In this document: piece by piece, positions 1-9,041 of the stretch
Layout of the letters: every line of letters starts with the position of its first letter
Numbering within the stretch: the first letter of the stretch is position 1
DNA from: Octopus sinensis
Taxonomy: Eukaryota
Assembly: GCF_006345805.1 (NCBI RefSeq)
Contig: NW_021824788.1
Location: 1 to 17,410 of the forward strand
Length of the DNA stretch: 17,410 nucleotides
Direction: 5' to 3'
Program-made: the position numbers and the translations under genes
Notes under the pieces: generated by a model
What the model was told of the DNA's origin: nothing
The model's database searches: none
What the model saw: the letters and a program-made list of their open reading frames with translations, nothing else

Positions 1-24
1 CTATCATTCGTAATCGCTATTATC

Positions 25-470
25 TGCTTCCTTTAACGATCCACCCTGGTCCTTAATTCTTTCCATCTACTAAACTTTAATGTGCCATCATTCGCCCTCA
101 ATTGCATTGCAATCCATCGTCCTTAATTTCTACCATCTATTGTTCTTTAATGTATCATTCAGTACCCTTAAATACTACTAACTACTACCCTTAGAGGTAC
201 CATCCTTCACTCTTAATTGCTGCTATCTACTGATCTTTTATGCCACCCATCACCTTTAATTGACATCATTTCCTGTCCCTTAACGTTTCACCCATCGCCC
301 TTAATTGCTATTATACACTGCTATACAATGTACCAGTAACACTCTTAACTGCTGTCCTCAATTGACAATGTGCGTGTCAGAAATTACCCTTAATAACTGC
401 CATCTACTAATCTTTAATGTACCACCCCTCGCCCTTAATTGCCACTACCCTCTAATACTCTTTAATCTAC
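25..470. repeat. Degenerate minisatellite of about 45 bp (alternating 24/21-nt subunits), G-poor on the plus strand
   Basis: CYTTAA-like anchors start at 31, 51, 75, 96, 121, 145, 166, 189, 211, 235, 254, 278, 299 ... 388, 412, 433. Approximate consensus CCCTTAATTGCTGCCATCTACTGATCTTTAATGTACCACCCATCG. Confidence 0.7.
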
Positions 471-583
471 CATAGAACAAGGTCGCAAATTTGTAGAGCA
501 GTTCTTAAAATGTGCCTAGTATATGTTTTAATAATATTTCTACCAAAGTCAATTATAACAAGGGAACATCTATAAAAAAAAAG

Positions 584-726
584 CTCGGTCTGCTAGAAAT
601 AGCAACCAAATCTCCTTCAAAATAATATCCTGACGCGCTGAAAAATGAAGGGGACAGAGTAATACTGTTCTAGATACATTATATACGATAATCGTAGGAA
701 TCGTAGTTCTGCTCGATTAGATTTAA
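584..726 (+). mobile_element. SINE-like 3' module family D, degraded
   Basis: The motif GGTCTGCTAGAAATAGCAACCAAATCTCC is shared with four other loci in the window. Confidence 0.55.
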
Positions 727-1035
727 CGAAGATTTTTTTTAAATTGTAGCTAGTTGAGAGAGAGAGAGAGATATATAGAGAGACAAACAGACAGAGAGTT
801 GTAAGGAAGTGAGTGAATGAGAGAAAGAAAATGAGCGAGAAAGAAAATGAAGGAAATAAGAAGAGAAAAGAGAGAGAGGGGAACAGATCGAGGAATGGTG
901 GGAGATAAGTTGCCTTAGTAAAAGCACACAGAATTTTATTTAATTATACGTTTATTTGTAGGACATATGCATACAATAAATAGTTGTTAGTTAATCACAC
1001 ATATGATTCGTCTCACATACATATACGAGCCAAAT

Positions 1036-1233
1036 TGGTCGTACGACCTGCCAAAAATAGCAATTACATCTACCCAAAGTTCCACCCTACGGTTTTGAAA
1101 TTAGAACATATTGGTTAATGTACTTCTGAGTGCACTATGCTTGTGACAAAAAAAAAAGTATTGCGATGGTCATGGCTGGAATGCTTTTGATCGTTGGTCT
1201 GCTGGATCAAGGCCGAGTGAGGGTGAAACGCAA
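1036..1233 (+). mobile_element. SINE-like 3' module family D
   Basis: TGGTCGTACGACCTGCCAAAAATAGC...GGTCATGGCTGGAATGCTTTTGATCGTTGGTCTGCTGGATCAAG, with a terminal TTGATC/GATCAA hairpin. Confidence 0.6.
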
Positions 1234-1269
1234 CGTGTGCTAATCATACGTATTCGTACACTTCTTGTG

Positions 1270-2252
1270 GTTGTGTGTCTGTGTTTGTGCTCATATCTAT
1301 GGGTTCCTCTGTGTGTGTATGTGTGTGTGTGCGCGCGCGCGCGCGCGTGTGTGTGCCTGTGTGTGTGTGCGTGTGTGTGCGTGCGAGCGATGTGTGTACA
1401 CAACCAACCGAAGTTTATGGACACAGCTATCCTGTTGTAATGTCGCGTATATGTATGTATGTATGTATGTATGTAGTATGTGTGTGTGTATGTATGTATG
1501 TATGTATATGTATGTATGTATGTATGTGTGTGTGTATGAATGTGTGTATGTATGTATGTGCACCCGTGTATATGTACAAACTCGGTACACTACCATATTG
1601 AGGTCAGTATGTTGCGTATCTACAGATGCAACATTACACCGCGCGTGTGTCTGTTTGTGTAAGGGTGTGCATATTTCTCTGCGTGTGTGTGTATGCTATA
1701 ACTGGGTCTGTATGTCTATGTGCACAAAAGTAAATTTAACTTTGTTCGTATACGTAAGTATATGAATGTGTATGTGTGTGTGTGCGCGTGTGCGTGTGCC
1801 TGAGTATGTGTCTATATGTCGACATAACTATTGAGGTCAGTATGCACGCCTCCCTTGCAGACTATCAGTATGTGTCCTTACGTATAGTATTGTATATGTA
1901 TAGCTATCTCCTTGTGTTTTAGTATATATATATGCATATCCATATACACACACAAACATAATCATGCACACATACATATACATATATATAGATACACTCA
2001 CACACTCACACATACACATTTATCCATAGTACACTCACATACACGTCTATAACTATATTGAGGTCAGTATGCAAGTCTATAACTGCAGCTGAACAGAATG
2101 TCTGTGTGCATATCTATATGTACCGACATTTCATTACTTTTACCATTTAGGTCACAACTAGCAACTACTGCTGCTTAAGTTGCCATGCGTATGTGTGTGT
2201 GTGTGTACATATACACACATACATACATACATATATATGTATATATAACATA
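1270..2252. repeat. Compound GT/GC/GTAT/CA microsatellite field with three identical 16-mers
   Basis: Direct reading. TATTGAGGTCAGTATG occurs at 1596, 1829 and 2056. Confidence 0.9.
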
Positions 2253-2474
2253 CACGAAGGGATGTTGAAAAGTTCTTGGCTTTGGGCAAAAGAAAATACA
2301 GGAGGATCAGTTAATTATGATTTTATTCAACATATTCCTCTCTCAGATTCACACACTTATTGCAAAGGTCCTTCAGTTTTTTCTACGCCCTGTAAAACAA
2401 CTCAGAAATTTGGGCCTCCAAACAGGGCTTTCATGATACCCTTAAATCCAGGAAGTTCTCGGCACTCTCTCGTA
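2253..2474. mobile_element. Mariner-type MITE, degraded, about 220 bp
   Basis: Terminal inverted repeats ACGAAGGGATGTTGAAAAGTTCTTGGCTTT versus the reverse complement of the right end, ACGAGAGAGTGCCGAGAACTTCCTGGATTT, match at 20/30 positions. The right end is followed by TA (2473-2474). The internal TTTTATTCAACATA segment is mariner-like. Confidence 0.7.
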
Positions 2475-2554
2475 TGTACATATATATATATGTAGAGAGA
2501 GAGAGAGAGATACATACATACATGCATACATACATACATACATACATACATACA

Positions 2555-2586
<32 letters not shown>

Positions 2587-2612
2587 CATACATACATATG
2601 TACATATACGTG
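2475..2612. repeat. (TA)/(GA)/(TACA)n compound microsatellite
   Basis: Direct reading. Confidence 0.95.
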
Positions 2613-2787
2613 TGTGGGGTGTATTTATAGCTGTGCGTGTGTCTGACAGTGTATGTCTATATAACTATGTTTAAGTGTTTATGTCTCTGAAACACTCTGT
2701 TTCTATCAAACTATATTTATCTGTATAAACCTGATTGCCTACACACACACACATAAGACACATTCACACACACACACACTCACATAC

Positions 2788-2960
2788 ATGTATATCCGAG
2801 TTGAATCTTTTTCTACACAGCATCTTCCATGTTTCCTCAACTCTTTTTACAATTCGGAGGAACAGCTTTCCTATATCACTTAGTTCATTAACGTTTGAGA
2901 CATTTCCGTCTCTCATTATCATCCTGTTGTTGACGGGACCAGAAGATAACTGTGCAAGAA
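2788..2960 (-). CDS. Candidate internal coding exon of an unidentified gene (173 nt)
   Basis: Acceptor TATTTTCATGGTTTTTCAG| and donor CAT|GTATGT. Only one minus-strand frame is open: LAQLSSGPVNNRMIMRDGNVSNVNELSDIGKLFLRIVKRVEETWKMLCRKRFNSDIH. The peptide is not low-complexity but is not recognised, and the donor overlaps a microsatellite edge. Confidence 0.4.
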
Positions 2961-2985
2961 CTGAAAAACCATGAAAATACTGACA

Positions 2986-3407
2986 TACTCTTTACTCGGT
3001 ACTCTTTTACTTGTTTCAGTCATTTGACTGCGGCCATGCTGGAGCAACGCCTTTAGTCGAGCAAATCGTCCCCAGGACTTATTCTTTGTAAGCCTAGTAC
3101 TTATTCTATTGGTCTATTTGGCCGAACCGCTAAGTTACGGGGACGTAAACACACCAGCATCGGTTGTCAAGCGATGTTGGGGGGGACCAAACACAGATGC
3201 ACAAACATATACACACAGAAACATATATACATATACATATATACGACGGGCTTCTTTCAGTTTCTGTCTACCAAATCCACTCACAAGGCTTTGGTCGGCC
3301 CGAGGCTATAGTAGAAGACACTTGCCCAAGGTGCCACGCAGTGGGACTGAACCGGGAACCATGTGGTTCGTAAGCAAGCTACTTACCACACAGCGACACC
3401 TACGCCT
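2986..3407 (-). mobile_element. tRNA-derived SINE family A, near full length
   Basis: Minus-strand head AGGCGTAGGTGTCGCTGTGTGGTAAG with a B-box-like GGTTCAGTCCC, an internal TA/TG microsatellite and a (GAGTAAA)-like tail. Homologous copies lie at 3668-4285 and 17118-17384. Confidence 0.85.
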
Positions 3408-3667
3408 ATCCTTACATTTACTTCTAATATAGGGCTAACATAAATTGTGACCCAAACCACCTATTAATATAAAGATAAGGCGTTAATGTAGAGATAAGGA
3501 ACAATACACTGGTACAATGTATAAGGAACAATACACTGATAAGGAAGAATACACACACAAAAAAAATCGCAAACAAATGCTTGTATATGTACAAGTGAGT
3601 CTTCAAAGATACAAAATGTCCTGTAGTGAAATCTCTTTATAGACGCACTTAAGTTTTCATCTACTAC

Positions 3668-3825
3668 AGGCTCAAGTGTAGCTGTGTGTTAAGAATTTTA
3701 CTTCCCAACGGTATGGTTCTGCGTTCGGTCCCCCTGAGTAAGTGTCTTCTGCTATACCCTCGGACCGCCGACCAAAGCCTTATGAGTGGATTAGGTTTGG
3801 AAAACTAACAGAAGTCCGTCGTGTT

Positions 3826-3906
<81 letters not shown>

Positions 3907-4285
3907 GAATTAGGGACCCTCCCTGTCTATCTCCCGTCCGGTTGTTCCCTCAGTATGCGTATACGTTTTATATTTGTCGTTGTTTATTTACAATGCATTT
4001 TTTTTATTTATATATAGGTCTGTATGTATGTGGGTGGGTGCGTGTCAGTGAGTGTGTAGGTATGGATATGTATCTTTATGTGTGTGCTTGTCACCCTCCA
4101 CTGCTTGACAACTGGTGTTGGTGTGTTTATGTGCCTATGACTTAGCAATTCGGTAAAGCAAACCTATAGAATAGGTACCAGACTAAAAAAAAAGTAAGTT
4201 CTGTGGTTGATTCGGTCAACTAAATTTCTTCAATGCGATGCCCCAACAGGGCTGCATTCTAATGAATAAAACAAGTATAAATGAA
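3668..4285 (+). mobile_element. SINE family A, older copy with an expanded internal (TA)n and extra sequence
   Basis: 3668-3822 matches the family head (AAGTGTCTTCTGCTATA...CCGACCAAAGCCTTATGAGTGGATT). 4080-4281 matches the second half (GCTTGACAACTGGTGTTGGTGTGTTTA...AAACAAGTA). Confidence 0.75.
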
Positions 4286-4631
4286 AGATGAAAGACAAGT
4301 ATAAAAGAAAGATAAAGAAACACTTATTAACAACAGTATCCTAAATGATTAGTAAACCTGAGACCCATAAACCAAAGCAAGAGCAGGTTCTCTCACACTG
4401 ATACAACCGATGCAGTACTTAAAAAAAAAACACGTGAACGACACATATCGTACACTACATGAACTAATTGTGCTTTAGTTGTATAAAAATAAACTACAGC
4501 ATGTGTCACATCTAAGAAAACGCCAGTATCAAAAGCGTTCTCCTCGACACAAAACCTCGGACTGACAACGTAGAACATGTTTTCGACAACAAATACAACA
4601 CATATTTTTCAATGTATACATGTAAGTTGTG

Positions 4632-4960
4632 TAAAGTGGTTAGAGCGTCGAGCTTACGATCGTGAGGTTGTGAGCTCGAATCCCGGACTGGGCTGCGTGT
4701 TGTGTTCTTGAGCAAGACACTTTATTTCACGTTGCTCCAGTTAACTCAGCTGTAGAAATGAGTCGCGACATCACTGGTGCCAAGCTACATTGGCATTTGC
4801 CTTTCCCTTGGATAATATCAGTGGTGTGGAGATGGGAGGCTGGTATGCATGGACGACTGCTGGTCTTCCATAAACAACCTTGCCCGGACTTGTACCTCGG
4901 AGGGTAACTTTCTATGTGCAATCCCATGGTCATTCATGACTGAAGAGGGTCATCTCCCCC
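4632..4960 (+). mobile_element. tRNA(Arg)-like SINE family C, tail type 1, with a perfect 15-bp TSD
   Basis: Partial A box AAGTGGTTAGAG, TTACGAT anticodon-like loop and B-box-like CTCGAATCCC. It is flanked by identical TACATGTAAGTTGTG at 4617-4631 and 4961-4975. Confidence 0.9.
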
Positions 4961-5310
4961 TACATGTAAGTTGTGAACGTCACGACAAAAACTGTTAAAT
5001 GCGATACCCAAGCACGGCACGTTCTCATCATTTACAAGGAGCCATCGTAGTTCATTATAATACATTACACGAATTTCATCTATTTATCTATTCATCTCCC
5101 TAACCATATCAAATTATCCACAAAGGTTGTTGCCAACCACAAACCAGAAACTGTAACCACAAACGAACCAATCCCTATTTTACAATGAACTCTTCAACGC
5201 TCGTATTTTTTGAAAGGCTTTTTCATCATTCGGCTTCTTATGCTTGTTTGCATGCCTACTTACTTTTCATAGTTGTTTGCTTGTTTCCCAGTTTGTTTTC
5301 ATCTTATATT

Positions 5311-5513
5311 TACCTATTTCTTTACTACCCACAAGGGGCTAAACACAGAGGGGACAAACAAGGACAGACAAACGGATTAAGTCGATTACATCGACCACAG
5401 TGTTTCACTAGTACTTAATTAATCGGCTCCGATAGGATGAAAGTCGACCTCGGCGAATTTGAACTTAGAACGTAACGCCCGGCGTGCTAACGTTTCTGCC
5501 AACTCGCCGCCTT
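5311..5513 (-). mobile_element. tRNA-derived SINE family B, copy 1 (internal deletion of about 27 nt in the head)
   Basis: Homologous to 15694-15926. Minus-strand head AAGGCGGCGAGTTGGCAGAAACGTTAG and B-box-like AGTTCAAATTC. Confidence 0.85.
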
Positions 5514-5685
5514 CCCATCACATCAATGCTTCTTTTCAGTTCAGTAAAAATGCAGTATCATGCCTATTGGCATCGTATATAGACATGTATCAATTACACC
5601 ATCAATAGAAAGTTAGCATTTATTATATAATGTGCAAATATGTATTCTTTCAGATGGCGAAGATTCATTATTAGTTTGTTTTGAT

Positions 5686-6475
5686 TTATGTACCCTTTAA
5701 GTGACTAACAATATCAGCCTTACAAAGACAAACCCGCTTATAAGTAGAATGTTTGAAGAAATTATTGATATTTACGAAGTTTCTTTTCCCTGCATCTCGT
5801 TTCAGTTTCATGAGTTTAATGCGATTCTTTTCAAAATGCATGAAAACATTTTTAATCAATAACAGCCTCTCATATGCAATTATTTCTCAAGTTTCCGTGT
5901 GAAAATTGTCTTTTTTAACAAATCAGATTTAAAAATTTAAGGCAATCTTTGCATCTTTTACTTCAGTTCGTAAGAGGATCTTTGTTCTCTTTGGAGAAAT
6001 ATGTCCTCCATATAATAGATGCTGTGAAATGCTTTTATCTTCTATACGATCTATAGAACCTCCCTATCCACCCTCGTCTTCAACGTTGGAAGAGACCGTG
6101 GAAATTTATAACATTGCTAACTCAAAAACCGCAATATAATTCACGCAGTCTCTCCAAGATACGAGCAAATTTTGTCGAAGATACTTTTACTGAGAATGCC
6201 CCAGCTGTTTTACAGGTTTCGAAAAAGATGTACGTTTTACAGCCATACAACAAAACAGACAAAATATAGGTTTGGGAAATGGATATTTTAGTAATGTTTT
6301 ACATACAACATTACTAAAAAAATCTATTTCCGTTGAGACTATAGGGAAGATTGTCACTTCCTAACAAAAATATCCATGACTTCTGAATTCTATTTGCAAT
6401 TTCGTCATCAAGATTTTCATCCTTGTTTGATATGCTACCAAGATATTGGAGGAAAATGCATTTTTCAAGGTTGCT
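5686..6475 (-). pseudogene. Decayed RTE-clade LINE ORF, C-terminal region (end of RT, thumb, vestigial C-terminal zinc-finger region)
   Basis: Manual minus-strand translation across frameshifts and stops gives QYLGSISNKDENLDDEIANRIQKS, YILSVLLYGCKTY, WRDCVNYIAVFELA, DRIEDKSISQHLLYG and FEKNRIKLMKLKRDAGK...RVCLCKADIVSHLKGT*. This is the motif order typical of RTE ORFs. It is absent from the ORF track. Confidence 0.8.
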
Positions 6476-6574
6476 AAGTTAACTTGAACAGTGATAACAG
6501 CTTCATATTAGGGGCAGTAGTTGAAAGTATCATCAGTGCAGATTGATTACATTAACGGTGATTCTTGATAATTT

Positions 6575-6649
6575 TTGTGTCATTGGTTGGTTATGGAAAT
6601 TGGAGTTCGCCTATATGCCTGTGCGCCTTATATGCCCGAAAATACGGTA
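6575..6649. mobile_element. Solo right end of a Tc2/pogo-like (Tc1/mariner superfamily) DNA transposon
   Basis: GTGCGCCTTATATGCCCGAAAATACGG-TA (6621-6649) is the reverse complement of TA-CCGTATTTTCGGGCATATAAGGCGCAC. A subterminal repeat CGCCTATATGC lies at 6608-6618. No partner end was found and the left boundary is approximate. Confidence 0.65.
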
Positions 6650-6816
6650 ATTTATATGATTAATTTCCGAACGCAAGATGGCTTAGATCTTTGGATATAC
6701 ACATAAGTAATATTTATAATGAGATATTATCCATAAGATAACAAGGTTTTATTTATATATTTTATATATATCACTATCATCAGCGTATCAGATGTCCACA
6801 TGCGCGTACATACATG

Positions 6817-6817
6817 C

Positions 6818-6849
<32 letters not shown>

Positions 6850-6986
6850 GACGATTGAGAGAGAAGACGAGTGAGAGAGAGGACGAGTGAGAGAGAGGAC
6901 GAGCGAGAGAGAGGACGAGTGAGAGGAAGGACGAATGAGAGAAAGACAATGAGTGAGAGAGAGAGAGAATGAATGAGAGAGAGAGA
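6817..6986. repeat. (GA)n containing a 16-bp higher-order unit GAGAGAGAGGACGAGT
   Basis: GACGA starts at 6850, 6866, 6882, 6898, 6914 and 6930 (exact period of 16). Confidence 0.9.
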
Positions 6987-7018
6987 ACAGCACACACACA
7001 CATACATGTATACATACA

Positions 7019-7467
7019 TATGAAATTCATCGGAGAGATAACCACGAGGACAAAGAAATAAGAATCCATAGTATGGTAGAAGCCATAGCCAATCATAATA
7101 AAAAGGAGTACTGGTGAAATGTCCCAGTGAAGACCTCGATAAAATCTAAGCACAACAGACTTGATATAAGAATTTGGGATAGAGAAGAGAAAACATGCAC
7201 AGTTGCGGAAATTAGCTGCATAGCGGATGTTAACAGAAAGCTGAAGATCAATGAAAAAGAGAATACCTACGCTGAACTATTGAGAAATCAGCAGTCACTC
7301 TATCCAGAATACAAGTTCAGGTTTATACATGTAATTTTTAGGGCCCTGGGATATATGTAACACACTGCCTAAACACCAATCTTGAGAAATTAGGCTTCTC
7401 AAAATCAGAAAGGAGAAAGCTAATTCAAAGACTACATATCCAATCCATCACTGGAACTGTAAAAATC
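7019..7467 (+). pseudogene. Decayed R4/Dong-like non-LTR retrotransposon fragment, restriction-like endonuclease domain
   Basis: YEIHRRDN...KEYW*NVPVKTSIKSKHNRLDIRIWDREEKTCTVAEISCIADVN...EKENTYAELL...FIHVIFRALGY, then a frameshift to VTHCLNTNLEKLGFS...QSITGTVKI. This matches the RLE pattern N-R-P-D..E-x-S..EK..Y..L..V..GALG. It includes track ORF 7127-7360. Confidence 0.8.
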
Positions 7468-7477
7468 AGAAGTTGGA

Positions 7478-8563
7478 TTCGCTCAATTTGGCACACAGAT
7501 TTTTAAATTAATTTTTTAAAACTAAACAGTTTCAAAATTCGTATACTGGTGGAATGTTACATGCAGAACACGGTTCACTTTGAACATTTGTGACAAAATT
7601 TGGTATTTTTAGAAGTTGGTCATTTCAACCAATCAACGACGTGTAATCAGTTGAAGAAAGCTACTGCTGTTTGCGATAGTTATCGAAGAGCAACAACTTC
7701 CGGGTCATCTCTACTAAATGTCACCACTCTGTTCTATTTTATTTTTTGTTTGCATACTACACGCTGTAGTGTTGCATACTACACGCTGTTTTCGGAGTTA
7801 CTAGTAAACCTCGAAGAATCAACACTAAGAAGGAAGAAATATTATTTACATATATTTATTCGTTTATCCGACATCGGTGTTTTATCTGCACATAAAGCGC
7901 ACCGATGATTGAAAGACCTATAGAGCTAAGGGTCCGCAGCCAGCTTTTTTGTTGTTGATGTGTATGTATTTTTAAAATGTCTTATTTTACAACTATGAGA
8001 TGTATTATTATTGTCATGATTTTATCTCACTATAATCAACAACAAACACGTCATCAATATAAAAGTATTTGATTAAAAATAACATTATCAAAATATGAAG
8101 GTAAAACAAAACAAATAGCAGCTTATACACTGGAAAATATGGTAATTGTTGTGGCAGTGACAAGTTCGCTCACTGGTTGCTAGTTGATAGTGTGGAAGGT
8201 AGGGAAAGAGTAAGGAATGCACGGTGCTGACTAGAAAGGAAGAAAGACTAAAGGTGGCATCGTCTTCGCTCGACATACGAATAGAACAGAGCGGTGACAT
8301 TTAGTAGAGATGACCCGGAAGCTGTTGCTCTTCGATAACTATCGCAAACAGCAGTAGCTTTCTTCAACTGATTACACGTCGTTTATTGGTTGAAATCACC
8401 CAAATACGACAACTTTAACACGAAATAACCTCTAAAATATCAAATTTTGTACAAAATGTTCAAAGTAAACCGTGTTCTGCGTGAGACAGTCCACCAGTAT
8501 ACGAAATTTCAAACTGTTTCGTTTAAAAAAATTAATTAAAAAGTCAGTGCGCCAAAATGCGAA
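7478..8563. repeat. Long inverted repeat (foldback): arms about 7478-7738 and 8280-8563, spacer 541 bp
   Basis: 7622-7738 versus the reverse complement of 8280-8396 matches at 114/117. The outer segments match at roughly 85% and are separated from the inner block by an indel of about 24 nt. Confidence 0.95.
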
Positions 8564-8658
8564 AAATGTCAAGATAGAAAATGCTAAAATAATTTTATAA
8601 AAAACATTTCAGTACTGGTTTCAATCATTGAGACCTTTTCAACTGTATGGAAAACAAT
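8561..8658 (-). mobile_element. Short hammerhead-bearing repeat module, probably derived from a Penelope-like element; copy 1 (truncated)
   Basis: The first 63 nt are identical to 10959-11021 and similarity continues to TGGAAAACAAT. It contains HHR-2a. Penelope origin is inferred from the minimal type I hammerhead architecture. Confidence 0.55.
8610..8645 (-). ncRNA. Minimal type I hammerhead-like fold, U3-A8 core variant (HHR-2a)
   Basis: Minus strand reads CAG-TTGAAAA-GGTC-TCAAT-GATT-GAAA-C-CA-G-TA-CTG. Stem I is 3 bp, stem II is 4 bp including two G.U pairs, and stem III is minimal. Confidence 0.6.
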
Positions 8659-8739
8659 ACATACAAAAATACCATATTGTTGAAGCTGAAATTCCAATGA
8701 AGGAGCTTTGCATCTAGGTTAGAAACCGGCGCTTATTTT

Positions 8740-8953
8740 ATAGATAGACAGAGAGACAGGGATAGACAAACAGACAGACAAACAGGCAACCAGATGGACA
8801 GGCAGACAGACAGGTAGATAGATAAGTAGATAGAGACAGACAGACAGACAGACAGATAGACTGACAGACATAGGGAGACAGACACAGATAGACACAGACA
8901 GACACACAAGCAGAATCACAGACAGACACACAGACAAACATACAGACAGACTA

Positions 8954-9040
<87 letters not shown>

Positions 9041-9041
9041 T
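8740..9041. repeat. (GACA)n grading into pure (GATA)n
   Basis: Direct reading; pure GATA runs from about 8956 to 9040. Confidence 0.97.

Noticed and set aside
472-500. Resemblance of CATAGAACAAGGTCGCAAATTTGTAGAG to the inner end of the foldback arm
   Set aside because: Short, gapped and AT-rich, and the similarity does not extend.
3494-3556. ATAAGGAACAATACACTG repeated two to three times as a CRISPR-like array
   Set aside because: Too few copies, spacers of 0-10 nt, eukaryotic context and no cas genes. It is a simple local tandem duplication.
4632-4700. tRNA genes at the SINE heads (also near 3340-3407, 13060-13133 and 15850-15926)
   Set aside because: A/B-box remnants are present but there is no complete cloverleaf or acceptor stem, and each continues into a SINE body.
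8684-8735. Possible further hammerhead remnant CCAATGAAGGAGC...GGTTAGAAACCGGCG
   Set aside because: The core has two non-compensated changes (CCAAUGA), stem II is weak, there is no UH site and no clear stem I. At most a fossil.
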